A stretch of DNA of 62,604 bases, the filler included, from Vannella sp. (lineage: Eukaryota), in assembly GCA_023345925.1 (NCBI GenBank). It is 7 parts of 7 records of this genome, joined end to end, with 100 filler letters (N's around TTAATTAATTAA, not from the genome) between each part and the next. Parts side by side here need not be neighbours in the genome. Positions count along the whole stretch, not along the records: positions 58,072 to 62,604 come from JAJQQN010001143.1; 6 more parts are not named here. One strand, 5' to 3'. Position 1 is the stretch's first letter. Each line of letters starts with the position of its first letter. Below the pieces are notes generated by a model. That model ran no database searches. It saw only the letters and a program-made list of their open reading frames with translations, and was not told the DNA's origin. Position numbers and translations under genes: made by a program. Shown in pieces: positions 59,773 to 62,604 of this stretch.

Positions 59773-60759
59773 ATGGTTCGGCTGAGCCGCTCTGTCCGTC
59801 TAGCGTTTGCAGTTGGCCTGTTACTGTGCTTGTTAGGCGGTATACAAGTGATTACGTGGCCAAGATTGAGTTCTGAGGAGGAGCTGCCGAACCGGAGGCT
59901 GAGTACAGACTTACTCTTGGTGGAGGAGAGTGGGACAGACTTTGTCCTCCAGCCAGGCTTCCACTTTAACCTCAGCTCTAACTCTGCTCTTGTAAACCCA
60001 AGAAGGGCTTGGAATAGACCAGAACACAGACTCTGCGTGATCGTCCCCTTTCGAGAGTTCCGAAACAAACGCCGCCAGGCCCAATTGGAGCGTTTAGCAC
60101 CGTACCTGAACACGTGGCTGCAAGAAAGGGGTGTCTCTTATGTAATGATTGTAGCAGAGCAAGAAGTAGGCCTCCCTTTCAACCGAGGAGCCGTCCTGAA
60201 TCTGGGGTTTCTTGTGTCCTATCATCTATGCGACTATGTGGTGTTCCACGATGTAGACAACCTTCCCAACAACCCAGAAAACAACTATCGCTTCCCTCCT
60301 AACCCGATTCACCTTGCTTCAGCCGTCCACGCTGAGGATATGTTCCCGAATGTCGGGGGCGTGCTGATGGCACAGAGCGCTCACGTATTGGACCTTGGAG
60401 GTTGGACCAACCTATGCTGGGGATGGGGTAATGAGGACGTGGAGATGTACTACCGATTGCAGAGAAGCAGCCTGACATTAGACAAACTCCCCCTTTCTGT
60501 GGGAACGTATCGCTTGCTAAATCACAAAAGCAACTCTCTGCCAATGACAGACCCTCAATGGGCACTCAACATGAAGGTGGCTGAAAGCAAACGGCATGGA
60601 CTCTCTGACCCTCGGGAAGGGCTTCTGACTATCGAAGGCAGCATTCTGGAAGTGGTTTCCGACACTCCCACTTACCAACATTATATCTTCCGGCTGAGTC
60701 ACCGCGAAAATCTCCTTCCGCCAGTGGAGGTCCATGAGGAAACATCGCCAAACGAGTAG
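59773..60759 (+). CDS. GT7 beta-1,4-galactosyltransferase family protein
   Basis: N-terminal TM segment; IVPFR, FNRG, FHDVD and WGWGNED motifs. Confidence 0.9.
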   Translation: MVRLSRSVRLAFAVGLLLCLLGGIQVITWPRLSSEEELPNRRLSTDLLLVEESGTDFVLQPGFHFNLSSNSALVNPRRAWNRPEHRLCVIVPFREFRNKRRQAQLERLAPYLNTWLQERGVSYVMIVAEQEVGLPFNRGAVLNLGFLVSYHLCDYVVFHDVDNLPNNPENNYRFPPNPIHLASAVHAEDMFPNVGGVLMAQSAHVLDLGGWTNLCWGWGNEDVEMYYRLQRSSLTLDKLPLSVGTYRLLNHKSNSLPMTDPQWALNMKVAESKRHGLSDPREGLLTIEGSILEVVSDTPTYQHYIFRLSHRENLLPPVEVHEETSPNE

Positions 60760-61046
60760 CTAGTTCCGAATGTAAAGAGGGAACTCATGAGGATTGGACC
60801 AATCACACCGAAACTACAACCCCTTATGTAAATAGTAACTCTGAATAGTCTTCCATTCCAGTGTGGTTAGAAGCGATTTCTTCTGGGGAGGGAATAGCCT
60901 CAAGGAGAGAAGTGATGAGTTCGGCCCCATCTTCCTTCGCTCGTGGATTTTCTCGTTGCCCCTGAGTCCTCAAGGCAATCCTAACTTTGTTTCTGTACTA
61001 TCACTGCACTGTCACTGCACCTAGTCATTGCTGAGGTAGTCACCAT

Positions 61047-61658
61047 CTACATGAGAGGGCTCCCATTTTGGCCAATCACCTGCCTTTGTACCTCTTGGAG
61101 GTGGAGTCTGGTGCAAGCCTGCCTGCTCTTTCTTTGACAGTGGAAACACGCATTCCAAGAAAAGGCTGCAGGGAGGGGAACGAAAAAGCCTGCTGAAAGA
61201 GAGGTTTCCACTTTTTTGCAGGCTTTGATGGTGAGCTTGACGGCTCTCAAGCACTCCACATCCAAGAAAGCCACATGTTGGCTGCAGATCTGGGTAGGTA
61301 AGTAGAATCCAGTCACTCTTATGATGGCGGTATCACGGGATCCACTTTGCTTTCCCGCTCTTGATAAACAGTTTAGCCAGTCTGTTGTCCCTTACGATGC
61401 GAGGTTGCTTGCACTGTAGACCTCCACCTGTATTCTCAAGTATGCGTCACTTGAAGAGCTCACCAAAGGAGCGTCAAAGCCATCGAGGTTAGGAACAGTT
61501 GTCCAGTTGTCTCCAAGAACCTCGCTCTTCTCGCCAAGCTGCTTTCCTGAACTTCTTATGAAGCAAATAACCGAAAGGTCCGACACTGACACTGATGAAA
61601 CACGGAGGCGTCCTCGAATCCGTTGACGGTTCTTCGACCTGTTTCCCTCAGTCTCCAC
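61047..61658 (-). CDS. Hypothetical spliced gene (start uncertain)
   Basis: Two consecutive minus-strand ORFs with a GTAAG donor at about 61395; no family recognised. Confidence 0.3.
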
Positions 61659-61784
61659 TTAGAGGCCTCAGTCTCACCGTCCAAGAAGGGTGAAGACTAC
61701 ACAGACATGGAAACCAGAGCAGTCGAGCGAAGACCAAGAAGAAAGGGAGCGAAACGCTCTGGCGGTCGCTGAGTTGTTTACAAC

Positions 61785-62210
61785 TTAGTTTATCTGACGT
61801 GAAGGGAAGCCCGTGAGTTTGGGGGAATGAGGGGGAGACTGACTTCGAAGTAAAGGGAGGAGATGAGTCTGTCCTTCCTCCACGGCCCAGTCCAGCGGTG
61901 AATGAGATTCAGAGTCAATCACTTCTGGAAGGGCTTCGGCAGAGAGGAGAGCTCTTACAACATCCTCATGGCCTGCCTTGACAGCCCAGTGAAGAGGACT
62001 TTCGAGGTAATGGTTTAGAGCGTTCACATCAGCGCCTTGCCGCAAGAGAAACTGAGTGTATCGAACATCCTTTCGCAAAACAGCAAAGTGGAGAGGACCA
62101 GACCCGCTGTTGGTGGTGTTGCGTACAAAGCATGTGAGAGGTCGAAGATCTTCTTCCGAATAAGATCTTGACTGAACTAGTAATCGGATCAAAGGTGTCC
62201 ACTGGGCCAT
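61785..62210 (-). CDS. Small ankyrin-repeat protein
   Basis: GPLHFAV, GADVN, SPLHWAV and SPLDWAV repeats. Confidence 0.9.
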   Translation of the reverse strand: MAQWTPLIRLLVQSRSYSEEDLRPLTCFVRNTTNSGSGPLHFAVLRKDVRYTQFLLRQGADVNALNHYLESPLHWAVKAGHEDVVRALLSAEALPEVIDSESHSPLDWAVEEGQTHLLPLLRSQSPPHSPKLTGFPSRQIN

Positions 62211-62274
62211 GTTGTGAATAGAATGGCTTTCTCAGAGCTACATCCTCGTCAACCGCTTCTTCTGCAACGATTGG

Positions 62275-62579
62275 CGAGAACGTGGTGGCAGCTGAACGAA
62301 AACTGGCTGACTTGATCGCCTAGAAAGACCTATTTTTGGACTATTTCTTGTCCCTTCAAAGAAGTGAGATTCTTCATCGACAAATAAAGTAGGAGGCCCA
62401 ACGAGTTACTCAACGACAGGCGAGGTTGATCGGGTTGATCGCCGAGAAAAGGCCTATTTAGGAACTTGTTTAGCGATTACTTGTCGCTTCGAAGAAAAGC
62501 AAGTAATCGCAAGGAGGAACTTGTTTGGGCTCCTCATTGGCACTTCTCGAGAACATGGCAGCAGTTGCGCGAAAACTGG
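62275..62579. repeat. Non-coding region with degenerate direct repeats and an 11-bp hairpin
   Basis: 62275-62306 vs 62548-62579 (26/32 identical); TTGATCGCC.AGAAA..CCTATTT occurs twice; GCGATTACTTG (62473-83) pairs with CAAGTAATCGC (62500-10). Confidence 0.6.
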
Positions 62580-62604
62580 TCCGTGTTGAAGAAGTGCTCC
62601 ATTT

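Overview
Gene-dense, intron-rich eukaryotic nuclear DNA. It is probably from an amoebozoan-type protist, inferred from Roco kinases, DEP/CARMIL/GlfB-like proteins, PPR, TilS and ~43-70 nt introns. The window is seven separate contigs joined by six artificial 100-nt N/TTAATTAATTAA/N spacers, so synteny holds only within a contig. A fold-back at bases 1-128 suggests whole-genome-amplified material. Housekeeping genes: ARP2, ZNHIT1, IAH1-like, CTPS, GST, stefin, cyclophilin, P4H, NAPRT, ADH5, MPI, INTS11, TilS, U2SURP, ASPM-like, HINT3-like, GT7. Notable items: (1) a spliced gene that looks like the Cfr (antibiotic-resistance) branch of rRNA radical-SAM methyltransferases; (2) a tandem pair whose first member fuses dsRBD-like domains to a Schlafen/AlbA_2 domain; (3) a Crypton-like tyrosine recombinase element abutting a truncated Piwi PAZ exon; (4) an intronless convergent pair of AlkB-like dioxygenases; (5) two Roco proteins, one LRRK-like and one with pseudo-enzyme domains; (6) a probable GA-AG intron. 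All family calls come from motif recognition by eye; no searches were run.
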